Source: Chrysemys picta bellii (lineage: Eukaryota). Taken from it: a DNA stretch of 64,000 bases. This document shows, in pieces, positions 22,173 to 34,600 of this stretch; position 1 is the stretch's first letter, and each line of letters opens with the position of its first letter. Both the position numbers and the translations under genes were made by a program. The stretch lies in assembly GCF_011386835.1 (NCBI RefSeq), contig NC_088803.1, positions 5,642,001 through 5,706,000 of the forward strand, read 5' to 3'. A model generated the notes under the pieces. It was not told the DNA's origin. It ran no database searches and saw only the letters and a list, made by a program, of their open reading frames with translations.

Positions 22173-25124
22173 CTATTGCCTCCGGAAACCTACAAAAGAA
22201 AGCGAATAAGGGAGTGCGGAAGGAGAGCAAGCAGACGAGTGACAGATCCCAGCCCCCACTCTCCTCCTAGAGCCAGGAGAGAACCCCGGCGTCCTGGCTT
22301 CCTGCCCCCCCCAGCTCTAACCCATTACAGCCCACTCGCCTTCCAGGGCCAGGCCCCTGGTGACCGGACTCCCAGCTGGTTCTAGCAGCTCCGCGGGCTG
22401 CTGTTCACCTGTGGAACCCCCGCCACTGGCTTTGGAGGGGCTGCCCTTCCACTCACCCTTCTTCCTTCCCCTCTTCGCACTCATCTTCCTCCTCCTCTTC
22501 CGCTGGGGGCTCAGAGCCTGGCAGGGGAACGGAGACAATTAGCTGAGGGAGGTTCAGCCCCAGCTTCCTCCCCCCCCCCCATTCCACGCTGCCTCACCTC
22601 TCCAGTGGGGGGCGCTGCCCCAGTCAGGGCGCTGATATCACCAAAGTGGGTCAGGGAGTGGAGCTGGGCCCCCAGCGCGGCCGCCCGGCGCCGCCGGGCC
22701 TTGTCCTGCCGGCTCACGTTCAGCCTCACCAGCATGGCCTCCTCGTAGCGCCTCCTGCAACGACCGGAACGGGGAGCCTGGGTCCCGCTCGAACCGTCAG
22801 TCCCACTCCCCTCTGCCCCCCAAGCCAGGAGAGAACCCAGGAGTCCTGGCTCCTAGCCCCCCCCTGCTCTAACCACTAGCCCCCACTCCCCTCCAGAGCC
22901 AGGACAGAACCCAGGAGTCCTGGCTCCCAGCCCCCCACTCCCCTCCCCGAGCCAGGACAGAACCCAGGAGTCCTGGCTCCCAGCCCTTCCCCCCCCCCCC
23001 CCGTGCTCTAACCACTAGCCCCCACTCACCTGTGCTCATCCTCCTGGCTCTGCCTGGTCGCGTGCAGGTAGCGCCCTTCGCGGATTTCCTCCGGTGCCTC
23101 CGAGAACTGTTCTTTCAGCTCCCGGATGACGGAGCTGCTCAGCGCTCGCTTCTTCGCCTGCTCCAGGACCTTCTTCTCCCGCTCGGCCACCGTCTCATCT
23201 GAGGAGGGGCAGAAGGGGGGACGGATGGCGATGCGGCCACCTCTGGGGTGGGACGCGGGGGCTGCGTACAGGGGGACCCCTCACCCAGCGCTGAGATGCG
23301 GCCACCTCTGGGGTGGGGCGTGGAGGCGGAGTATAGGGGGACCCCTCACCCGGCGCTGAGATGCAGCCACCTCTGGGGTGGGACGCGGGGGCTGCGTACA
23401 GGGGGACCCCTCACCCGGCGCTGAGATGCGGCCACCTCTGGGGTGGGGTGCGGAGGCGGAGTACAGGGGAACCCCATACCCAGCGCTGAGATGCGGCCAC
23501 CTCTGGGGTGGGGTGCGGAGGCGGAGTATAGGGGGACCCCTCACCCGGCGCTGAGATGCGGCCACCTCTGGGGTGGGGTGCGGAGGCGGAGTATAGGGGG
23601 AACCCCTCACCCGGCGCTGAGATGCGGCCACCTCTGGGTGGGGCGCGGGGCTGGGTGCGGAGGCTGGTTATACAAACCCCGCTCTCTTTCTGGCTAGAGC
23701 CCAGGTGGCCAGGCTCCCAGCACGTACCATAATGCACCGGGACCAGCCGGGGTGGGACGTATTTCCGGACCCCTCCTTTGGCCAGGGGCTTCTTCCCAGC
23801 AGCTTTGCCTTCAGTCCCGTTCGCCTCCTCCTCGTCACTCAGCTGCCCAAGAGAAAACAGCCTGTCAATCAAGGGCTGGTCCCGCCCTCCCCCACGGCAG
23901 GCCAATCCCAGGGGAATGTAGGGAACCCCATTCCTCCTTTCAGAGTCAAGACAGAGCCCAGGAGTCCTGGCTCCCGGGCCCTCCCCCGCCCCGCTCTAAC
24001 TACCAGCCCCCACTCCCCTCCTAGAGCCAGGGACAGAACCCAGGAGTCCTGCCTGCCCCTCCCCCTCACCTTGCTCATCATGTTCCCAGGGTCTGGTTTG
24101 AATCTCAGCGGATTGTCATCTCCTGCAACGAGAGCGCCCCCGGGGGGTGTGGTCAGCAGAGGGCCCAGTCACCCCGCACCCACCCCCCTAGGTGCCCCCA
24201 ACTCACCCACGGCGCCCGTCACAGCCACCTTCACCAGCTTGTCAACCTGGTACCGGAGTTTCTGCTCAATGGGGCGCATCTTCTCCAACACCTGGGGGGA
24301 GGAAGAATGTGGTGGTGGGGTCAGACGTGGGGAGACCCTGCCCCCTAAGAACCACCCACTGCACCCAGGAGTTCAGGCTCCCAGTACCCCCTCTGCTCTA
24401 ACCACTAGTCCCCCCTCCCCCTCCCAGAGCCAGGGATAGAACCCTGGAGTCCTGGCTCACAGCCCCTCCCCCCGCTCTAACCACTGGACCCCACTCCCCT
24501 CCTGGAGATACCTTCCAGAGCCAGAACCTGCCCTCCAGCAGTCCCCCCGCCCCCCCAAGACCTCTCCCTCTGGGCCCCCATAGGCTCCATCGCCCACCCA
24601 CCGTGCGCAGCTCGGCCAGGCGCAGGACAGCCGGCTGGGCAGCCAGGGACCGGCCTGAGGTCTTCTCCAGCACCAGCTGGGCCAGGTCCTGGAGATAGAA
24701 CAGCAGCAGCTGGGCCTTCAGCTCCAGGAAACTCAGCCCCTGCAGAAGGGGGAGAGGCATCACGGGGGGCAGAATGGGGGGGATGGGGACACCCGGGAGA
24801 GGGATGGGGGCACAGGGGCAGGATTGGGGAGGCACCCAGGAGAGGGACAGGGCAGGATGGGGGGGGGGGAACACCTGGGAGAAGGACAGGGCGACAGGGG
24901 CAAGATGGGGGGGGCACACCCAGGGTAGGGGAGAGCAGGGGTGGGGGCAGGATGGGGGAACACCTGGGGGGGGGTCTGGCGTCAGAGTCGGGGGCGGATC
25001 ACCATGAGGGGGGGAGAAGAGAACGCAGCAGGTCGTCCCCCCGCGCTCTCACCTTCTCCGTGGGGAAGGCGCCGGCTCGGACCCTCTGCAGCAGCCCCTG
25101 GACATGGGCGGTGACCCCGACAAC
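22173..25124 (-). CDS. NGDN: Neuroguidin, partial copy (exons 3-11; exons 1-2 would lie in or beyond the gap)
   Basis: Exons 25124-25053, 24739-24602, 24291-24207, 24122-24070, 23842-23728, 23198-23030, 22754-22598, 22517-22457, 22189-22173. All GT-AG and phase-consistent, ending GFRRQ-stop. Confidence 0.9.
23232..23650 (+). repeat. ~65 bp minisatellite in NGDN intron 7
   Basis: GCGCTGAGATGCGGCCACCTCTGGGGTGG units. About 7 here versus about 4 at 44730-44945. Confidence 0.85.
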
Positions 25125-25160
25125 CTGGGGAGGGGGGCAGAAAGGGGGGTGAGTAGGGGC

Positions 25161-25660
25161 NNNNNNNNNNNNNNNNNNNNNNNNNNNNNNNNNNNNNNNN
25201 NNNNNNNNNNNNNNNNNNNNNNNNNNNNNNNNNNNNNNNNNNNNNNNNNNNNNNNNNNNNNNNNNNNNNNNNNNNNNNNNNNNNNNNNNNNNNNNNNNNN
25301 NNNNNNNNNNNNNNNNNNNNNNNNNNNNNNNNNNNNNNNNNNNNNNNNNNNNNNNNNNNNNNNNNNNNNNNNNNNNNNNNNNNNNNNNNNNNNNNNNNNN
25401 NNNNNNNNNNNNNNNNNNNNNNNNNNNNNNNNNNNNNNNNNNNNNNNNNNNNNNNNNNNNNNNNNNNNNNNNNNNNNNNNNNNNNNNNNNNNNNNNNNNN
25501 NNNNNNNNNNNNNNNNNNNNNNNNNNNNNNNNNNNNNNNNNNNNNNNNNNNNNNNNNNNNNNNNNNNNNNNNNNNNNNNNNNNNNNNNNNNNNNNNNNNN
25601 NNNNNNNNNNNNNNNNNNNNNNNNNNNNNNNNNNNNNNNNNNNNNNNNNNNNNNNNNNNN
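25161..25660. other. Assembly gap (500 N)
   Basis: Run of N separating the two copies of the duplicated block. Confidence 0.99.
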
Positions 25661-28600
25661 GACACAAAGGGAGCAGTGTGGGGGAGGGGAGAGAGATGGA
25701 GGGAAGAAAACTGGGGCTGGTCGGAGGGAAAGGGAAGGATGGAGGGAGCGAGCTGGGGAGAGCGAGAGGCTGGAAAAGAGGGTTGGAGGCAGAAGCCAGA
25801 TGGACGGATGCAAGGAATGAGACAGAAAGGGACGGAGGGAGGGGATGCACCAGACAGGGAAGGAGAGAACGAAGGAAATGGAGAAGGAAGGAGGGAATGA
25901 GAAGAGGAGGATGGAGGGAACGAAGCAGGGAGAAGAGGAGGATGGAGGGAACGAAGCAGGGAGAAGAGGAGGAAGGTGGGAACGGGACAGAGAAGAGGAG
26001 GATGGGGGGAACGAAGCAGGGAGAAGAAGAGGATGGAGGGAATGGGACAGAGAAGAGGAGGATGGAGGGAACGAAGCAGGGAGAAAAGGAGGAAGGTGGG
26101 AATGGGACAGAGAAGAGGAGGATCGAGGGAACGGGACAGAGAAGAGGAGGATCGAGGGAACGAGACATAGAAGAGGAGGAAGGAGGGAACGAAGCAGGGA
26201 GAAGAGGAGGATGGAGGGAACGGGACAGAGAAGAGGAGGAAGGAGGGAACGAAGCAGGGAGAAGAGGAGGAAGGTGGGAACGGGACAGAGAAGAGGAGGA
26301 TGGAGGGAACGAAGCAGGGAGAAGAGGAAGAAGGTGGGAACGGGACAGAAAAGAGGAGGAAGGAGGAAACGGGACAGAGAAGAGTAGGATGGAGGGAATG
26401 AAGCAGGAAGAGGAGGAGGATGGAGGGAACGGGACAAAGAGGAGGAGGATGGAGGGAACGAAGCAGGGAGAAGAGGAGGAAGGAGGGAACGAGAGAGCAG
26501 AGGGGACAGAACAAGGCAGCGATAGGGGGGTGACACAGGGGTCCGTGCCGCGGGCGGTGGGGGAGGGGAGGGGAGGGGCGGGATCTGCGCAGGCCGATTC
26601 GGGAGATTCATTTCAGGGGGCAACAGGGCCAAGGAGAAACCAACCTGTGGGGAACGGGACATGCCCTGTCCCGCCCTAGCCCCACTGGTGCCCCTCACTC
26701 CCGACCCACAGCCCCTGCCCCCCCACCCCCGCCGGTGCCCCTCACTCCTGACCCACAGCCTGCCCCCCCTCAGCCCTGCCGGTGCCCCTCACTCCCAACC
26801 CGCAGCCCCTGCCCCACTGTTCTGCCGGTGCCCCTCACTCCTGACCCACAGCCCTGCCCCCCCACAGCCCTGCCAGTGCCCCTCACTCCCGACCCACAGC
26901 CCCGCCGGTGCCCCTCACTCCCGACCCACAGTCCCTGCCCCCCCAGCTCCGCCGGTGCCCCTCACTCCCAACCCGCAGCCCCTGCCCGCCTGTCCTGCCG
27001 GTGCCCCTCACTCCTGACCCACAGCCCCGCCAGTGCCCCTCACTCCCGACCCACAGTCCCTGCCCCCTCAGCCCTGCCGGTGCCCCTCACTCCCAACCCG
27101 CAGCCCCTGCCCCCCTGTCCTGCCGGTGCCCCTCACTCCTGACCCACAGCCCCGACGGTGCCCCTCACTTCCGACCCACAGTCCCTGCCCCCCCTCAGCC
27201 CTGCCGGTGCCCCTCACTCCCAACCCGCAGCCCCTGCCTCCCTGTCCTGCCGGTGCCCCTCACTCCTGACCCACAGCCCTGCTCCCCCACAGCCCCGCCA
27301 GTGCCCCTCACTCCCAACTCGCAGCCCCTGCCCCCCTCACCCTCGCCTGGGGAGCAGGGCTGGATTATGGCACAAATTGGCGGGAGATGAGAAACGCCCA
27401 GAGAGGGGAGCCCCCAGCTACTCCAGCTGGTTCCAGCAGGGGGCGCTGGGGGGGGCAGGGCCTGGCTGGAGCGGGGCAAGGCCTGCAGTGGTTGGCCTTT
27501 CTCCTATGCCTGGCATCCCACAATGCACAAGGCATCCCACAAGGGCACTCATTTGCCTCAAATTTGCATACAATAGTGAGCCTTGGGTATCTAAGCAGCT
27601 GCTCTGATCTTGTTCCATGTGCTGAAGGGAGGGGGAGTGGTGGATTGGAGGCTCCGCCCACTCATCTGCATATGCAAATATGTAACACCCATCAGAGGGC
27701 CCAGGGCAGAGCTACATTCTCTTGCTCTCTTGTGTGTATGGATCGGGCGTGTCGGCTGCGTGTCTGTGTGTGTGTGTGTGTGTGATGTATATCCATCGGG
27801 TGTGTCGGCTGTGCGTGTGTGTGTCCTGTATATCCATCGGGTGTGTCGGCTGTGCGTGTGTGTGTGTCCTGTATATCCATCGGGTGTGTCGGCTGTGCGT
27901 GTGTGTGTCCTGTATATCCATCGGGTGTGTCGGCTGTGCGTGTGTGTGTCCTGTATATCCATCGGGTGTGTCGGCTGTGCGTGTGTGTGTGTCCTGTATA
28001 TCCATCGGGTGTGTCGGCTGTGCGTGTGTGTGTGTCCTGTATATCCATCGGGTGTGTCGGCTGTGCGTGTGTGTGTCCTGTATATCCATCGGGTGTGTCG
28101 GCTGTGCGTTGTGTGTGTGTCCTGTATATCCATCAGGCGTCAGCTGTGCGTGTGTGTGTGTGTGTGTCCTGTATATCCATCAAGTGTGTCGGCTGTGCGT
28201 GTGTTCTGTATATCCATCGGGTGTGTCGGCTGTGCGTGTGTGTATGTCCTGTATATCCATCGGGTGTGTCGGCTGTGCGTGTGTGTGTCCTGTATATCCA
28301 TCGGGTGTGTCGGCCGTGCGTGGGTGTGTATGCTTGTGTGTATGATGTATATCCATTGGGTGTGTCGGCTGTGTGTGTGCGTGCGTGTGTGTGTATCTAT
28401 TGGGTGTGTGTCCTGTATATCCATCGGGTGTGTCGGCTGTGCGTGTGCGTGTCCTGTATATCCATCGGGTGTGTCAGCTGTGCGTGTGCGTGTGTCATGT
28501 ATATCCATCGGGTGTGTCGGCTGTGCATGTGTGTGTCCTGTATATCCATCGGGCGTCGGCTGTGTGTGTGTGTGTGTCCTGTATATCCATCGGGTGTGTC

Positions 28601-31600
28601 GGCTGTGTGTGTGCGTGCGTGTGTATCGATTGGGTGTGTGTCGTGTATATCCATTGGGTGTGTCAGCTGTGCATGTGCGTGTGTGTATCGATTGGGTGTG
28701 TGTCCTGTATATCCATCGGGCGTGTCGGCTCTGCATGTGTGTGTGTGTCCTGTATATCCATCGGGCATCGGCTGTGCGTGTGTGTGTCCTGTATATCCAT
28801 CGGGTGTGTCGGCAGTGCGTGTGCGTGTGTGTCATGTATATCCATTGGGTTTGTCGGCTGTGCATGTGCGTGTGTGTATCTATTGGGTGTGTGTCATGTA
28901 TATTCATCGGGTGTGTCGGCTGTGCATGTGCATGTGAGTGTGTGTGTCATGTATATCCATCGGGTGTGTCGGCTGTGTGTTGTGTGTACGGATCGGGTGT
29001 GTCGGCTGTGTGTGTGTGTGTGTGTGTCATGTGTATCCATCGAGTGTGTTGGCTGTGTGTTGTGTGTATGGATCGGATGTGTCGGCTGTGTGTGCATGTG
29101 TGTGCATCGATCGGGTGTGTGTCGTGTATATCCATCGGGTGTGTCGGCTGTGCGTGTGTGTGTGTCATGTGTATCCATCGAGTGTGTTGGCTGTGTGTTG
29201 TGTGTATGGATCGGATGTGTCGGCTGTGTGTGCATGTGTGTGCATCGATCGGGTGTGTGTCATGTATATCCATCGGGTGTGTCGGCTGTGATTGTGCGTG
29301 TCATGTGTATCCATCGAGTGTGTTGGCTGTGTGTTGTGTGTACGGATCGGGTGTGTCAGCTGTGTGTGCGTGTGTGTTCATCGATTGGGTGTGTGTCGTG
29401 TATATCCATCAGGTGTGTCGACTGTGAGTGTGTGTGTGCATCGAACGTGTGTGTTTCGTGTATATCCATCGGGTGTGTCAACTGTGTGTTGTGTGTACGG
29501 ATCGGGTGTGTGTCATGTATATCCATCGGGTGAGTCAACTGTGTGTTGTGTGTATCGATCGGGTGTGTGTCATGTATATCCATCGGGTGTGTTGGCTGTT
29601 CATGTGTGTGTTGTGTGTATCAATCAGGTGTGTGTTGTGTATATCGGTAGGGTGTGTCGACTGTGTGTTTGTGTGTGTGTGTGCATCAATCGGGTGTGTG
29701 TCATGTATATCCATCGGATGTGTCAACTGTGTGTTGTGTGTATCGATCAGGTGTGTGTTATGTATATCCATTGGGTGTGTCAACTCTGTGTGTGTATGTG
29801 TGTGTATTGATCGGGTGTCTGTTGTGTATATCGGTAGGGTGTGTAAACTGTGTGTGTTGTGTGTATCAATCGGATGTGTGTCATGTATATCCATCGGGTG
29901 TGCATTTTGTATACCAATTGGGTGTGTGTTGTGTATATCCATCAGATGCGTCAACTGTGCATGTGTGTGTTGTGTGTATCAATCAGATGTGTGTTGTGTA
30001 TATCCATCGGGTGTGTTGACTGCGTGTGCCTGGTGTATATCCATCAGGGGGCTGTTGTGTATATTAATCAGGTGTGTCAACTGTGCATATTTGTGTTGTG
30101 TATATCCATTGTGTGTGTGTGTTGTATATCGATCAGGTGTGTGTTATGTAGATCCATCAAGTGTGTTCCACTTTGTATGTGTGTGTTGTATGTATCAATC
30201 GGATGTGTGTATATTCATCGGGTGTGTTGACCGTGCGTGTGTGTGATGTATATCTATCGTGGGTGTGTTTTGTATATCAATCAGGTGTGTGCTGTGTAGA
30301 TCCATCAGGTGTGTCAACTGTGCATGTGTGTGTTGTGTGTATCAATTGGGTGTGTGTTGTGTATATCCATTGGGTGTGTGTTTTCTATACCAATCGGGTG
30401 TGTGTTATATAGATTCAACAGGTGTGTCGACTTTGCAGGTGTGTGTTGTGTGTATCAATCGGGTGTGTGTTGTGTATATCGGTAGGGTGTGTCGACTGTG
30501 TGTGCTTGTGTGTTGTGTGTATTGATTGTGTGTGTGTCATGTATATCCATCGGATGTGTCGACTGCATGTGCATGTTGTGTATATCCATCAAGTATGTGT
30601 TGTATATATCGATTGGGTGTGTGTTGTGTATATCCACCAGGTGCATCAACTCTGTGTGTGTGTTGTGTATATCGATTGGGTGTGGCAACTGTATGTGTGG
30701 TGTATATCAACAAGCTGTGTCGTTTGGATGTGTGTTATGTATATCGATGGGGTGTGTCAACTGTGCGTGTGTGTGTTGTGTATATTGATTGGGTGTGTCA
30801 CTTGGGTGTGTGTTGTGTTTATCAATTGAGTGTGTCAATTGTGTATGTGTATATTGTGTGTGTTGTGTATATCTATTGTGTGTGCTGTTTATGTTGTGTG
30901 TGTCAATTGTGTACCAGCTGTGCATTGGTGCACTTGCTGTGTGTGTCGACTGCACACATGTGCGACTGTCATGTTTGTGCCAAGTGTGTCATTGTGCTAC
31001 TCTGTGTGTAGCCTCTGTGTGGGGATGTTTGTTGGGTGTTACAGAATGGGGTTGTGCAGAGAGTGCTGTCTCCGTGTGTCCTGGGTTGTGTGGCTCAGTG
31101 TGTTGCGTTTGTGTAGTCGCAGTTGAGTGACCCATCTTTTTGGAGGCTGGAGGGTTGCATGTGTGTTGACGTGCATGTTGTGTGTATTCCTGTGTATTCC
31201 TGTGAGATGCTTGTGTATATGTTGTGGTGTTGTGTAGTGGTGTGACGGTGTTGTGTGTTTTGGTTTGTACCTATATGTATATGGCGTGTGTGATTGGGGG
31301 GTCATATAGAAGTGTCCACATGTGAGTTGTGTGCATCTGGGTGTCGGTGGTTGTGTGTACATTATTCAGTGTCGGGGTGTGTGTGTGGTTGACAGCAAGT
31401 GTTATGTTACTGGGGATTGTGTGGTTGTATCTGGCCGTGGGAGTGGATTGTGTGTGTGTGAGAGAGAGAAAAAGACGGTGGTGTGTTGGTGGGGTGGGTT
31501 GTATTACTGTGGCAAGGAATGGGAGGGGTATGTGGTGGTGGTTGTGTTGTTGCAGGGGGGTATGTGCTGTGATGTTGTTTCCATTTGGAGAGTGTGTCAG

Positions 31601-34600
31601 GTGGGTTTTGTGTTGTTGTATTTGTTCTCCGGTTGTGTGCTGTGGGTTTCTGTTGTGGTGTAGTGTGCAGTTAGGGTGTGTGGGTGTCTTTAGGGTTTGT
31701 GTTGAAGTCATATGTTTGTTGGGTTGTATTAGACAATGTTTCTACTTTGTTTGTTGTGACTGGTTTTCTGGATGTCTGTTGTGTACTTTTTGTGAAGGTT
31801 GGGTTTGTGTGTGTTGTTGGTTGTGGTCTGTGTTTCTTGTGGGTTTTGCATTTTGCATATTGTTGGCTGGTTGTCCTTTGTGGTTGTTGAGGGTTTTGTA
31901 TAGTGTGTGTTATTGGTTGGATTTTGTGTTGGTTGGTTGTGTTTTTGGCGGGGGGTGTTGTGGGTTTTGTATTTTGTGTCTTGGCGGTGGAGTTTTTGTG
32001 GGGTTGGGTTTGGGGCTTTGTGCATTGTTTTGTGGGTTTGCGTTGTGAGGGTTTTGTATGTTTCTGGTTGTATTGTGGGTTCTCTGAGGTTGTGTGATTT
32101 GTATTTTGTGTGTTGTTGCTTGGTTGTGCTTTTTGGTGTTTGATTTCTGGGGGGTTGTGTCATCATTTGGAGGGGGTGTTTTGTGAAACCTTGGTGGGGT
32201 TTGTATGATTCTGTGTTACATTTGTCATGATGTGTTTGGCTTCATTTTGGGAGATGTGTTTGTCCTGGGCTGTTGTGGTGTTGTCATTTGTTGCTTCATT
32301 TGCCTCTTGTGTGGCCTGTTTGTGTGTTTGTGGTGCGGCATCCCTCTGGCAGGTTGTGTTTTGCGAGGGTGTGTTTTTGTGTGGCATGTCGGTTGGTTGT
32401 GTTTTATCTTTGCGTTGTGTGGGACTTCGGAGGTAAGGGGTTAGCTGTTGTGTTGTGGGTCTGGATTGTGATTCTCTCCTGTGCGATTGTGCCCTGGATA
32501 CCCCTGCCTGGTTGTGTTTTGCATGTGTTGTGTCCTGCTGTTGGCTTGTGTTTGGTGTGTTTGTGTTGCCATCTCCTCTGCTGTGTCCCATCATGAGCCC
32601 CTTGGGGCTGCTACACAACTCAACGCGCACAGAATGGCAACACGGCAACAACTCCTTTGGGCCCCAGCCAGAGAGAACAAGTGATTCAAATACCCCACGC
32701 TTCCCAGAGGGGGAAGTCCCATAAAACCAGGGAGAGAACCCAGGAGTCCTGGCTCCTAGCCCACCCGCTGTAACCCGCCCCCCTCCCGCGCTGTGGGTTC
32801 TATGCTGGGGGGGGGGAAGGGGGAGCGAGGGAACGAAGAAGCAGGTGACGGAGGAAGAAGGATTGTAAAATCGATGGGCTGAGCCAGCCAGGGCACGGAG
32901 CTGTCACCCACATGGATATATGAGCTTCCTTGATACACTCCGACTTCCACCCCTCCGCTGGCCCGGCTCCTTCCTTCCCTCCATCCCCGTCTGCTTCCCT
33001 CCATCCCTCCACTGGCCTGGCTCCTTCCTTCCCTCCATCCCCGTCTGCTTCCCTCCACCCCTCCGCTGGCCCGGCTCCTTCCTTCCCTCCATCCCCGTCT
33101 GCTTCCCTCCATCCCTCCGCTGTCCCGGGTCCTTCCTTCCCTCCATCCCCGTCTGCTTCCCTCCACCCCTCCGCTGGCCCGGCTCCTTCCTTCCCTCCAT
33201 CCCCATCTGCTTCCCTCCATCCCTCCGCTGGCCTGGCTCCTTCCTTCCCTCCATCCCCATCTGCTTCCCTCCATCCCTCCGCTGGCCCGGCTCCTTCCTT
33301 CCCTCCATCCCCATCTGCTTCCCTCCATCCCTCTGCTGGCCCGGCTCCTTCCTTCCCTCCATCCCTGTCTGCTTCCCTCCATCCCTCCGCTGGCCCGGCT
33401 CCTTCCTTCCCTCCATCCCTGTCTGCTTCCCTCCATCCCTCCGCTGGCCCGGCTCCTTCCTTCCCTCCATCCCCGTCTGCTTCCCTCCATCCCTCCGCTG
33501 GCCCGGCTCCTTCCTTCCCTCAATCCCTGTCTGCTTCCCTCCATCCCTCCGTCGTCCCGGCTCCTTCCTTCCCTCAATCCCTGTCTGCTTCCCTCCATCC
33601 CTCCGCCGGCCCGGTTCCCTCCTTCCCTCCATCCCTCCACCGGCCCGGCTCCTTCCTTCCCTCCATCCCTGTCTGCTTCCCTCCATCCCTCCGCTGGCCC
33701 AGCTCCTTCCTTCCTTCCATCCCTGTCTGCTTCCCTCCATCCCTCCACCGGCCCGGTTCCCTCCTTCCCTCCATCCCTCCGCTGGCCCGGCTCCTTCCTT
33801 CCCTCCATCCCCATCTGCTTCCCTCCATCCCTCCGCTGGCCCGGCTCCTTCCTTCCCTCCATCCCTGTCTGCTTCCCTCCATCCCTCCGCTGGCCCGGCT
33901 CCTTCCTTCCCTCCAACCCTGTCTGCTTCCCTCCATCCCTCCACCGGCCCGGTTCCCTCCTTCCCTCCATCCCTCCGCTGGCCCGGCTCCTTCCTTCCCT
34001 CCATCCCTCCGCTGGCCCGGCTCCTTCCTTCCCTCCATCCCCGTCTGCTTCCCTCCATCCCTCCGCTGGCCAGGCTCCTTCCTTCCCTCCATCCCCGTCT
34101 GCTTCCCTCCATCCCTCCGTCGTCCCGGCTCCTTCCTTCCCTCAATCCCTGTCTGCTTCCCTCCATCCCTCTGTCGTCCCGGCTCCTTCCTTCCCTCCAT
34201 CCTTGTCTGCTTCCCTCTATCCCTCCACCGGCCTGGCTCCTTCCTTCCCTCCATCCCTCCGCCGGCCCGGCTCCTTCCTTCTCTCCATCCCCGTCTGCTT
34301 CCCTCCATCCCTCCACTGGCCCGGCTCCTTCCTTCCCTCCATCCCCGTCTGCTTCCCTCCATCCCTCCGCTGGCCCGGCTCCTTCCTTCCCTCCATCCCC
34401 GTCTGCTTCCCTCCATCCCTCCGCTGGCCCGGCTCCTTCCTTCCCTCCATCCCCGTCTGCTTCCCTCCATCCCTCCGCTGGCCCGGCTCCTTCCTTCCCT
34501 CCATCCCTGTCTGCTTCCCTCCATCCCTCCGCCGGCCCGGCTCCTTCCTTCCCTCCATCCCTGTCTGCTTCCCTCCATCCCTCCGCCGGCCCGGCTCCTT

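Larger units (their letters stand above)
4942..25160 (+). repeat. Copy 1 of ~20 kb duplicated block (likely haplotype A)
   Basis: Starts GACACAAAGGGAGC, as does 25661. Ends ...GAGTAGG, matching ~46500. Colinear throughout with copy 2. Confidence 0.92.

Noticed and set aside
23232-23650. GGCCACCTCTGGGG units in NGDN intron 7 as further CTCF sites
   Set aside because: Only the AGGTGGC half matches and the CCASY half does not.
22173-25124. NGDN copy 1 as a pseudogene
   Set aside because: All nine visible exons and splice sites are intact. The missing 5' end coincides with the gap.
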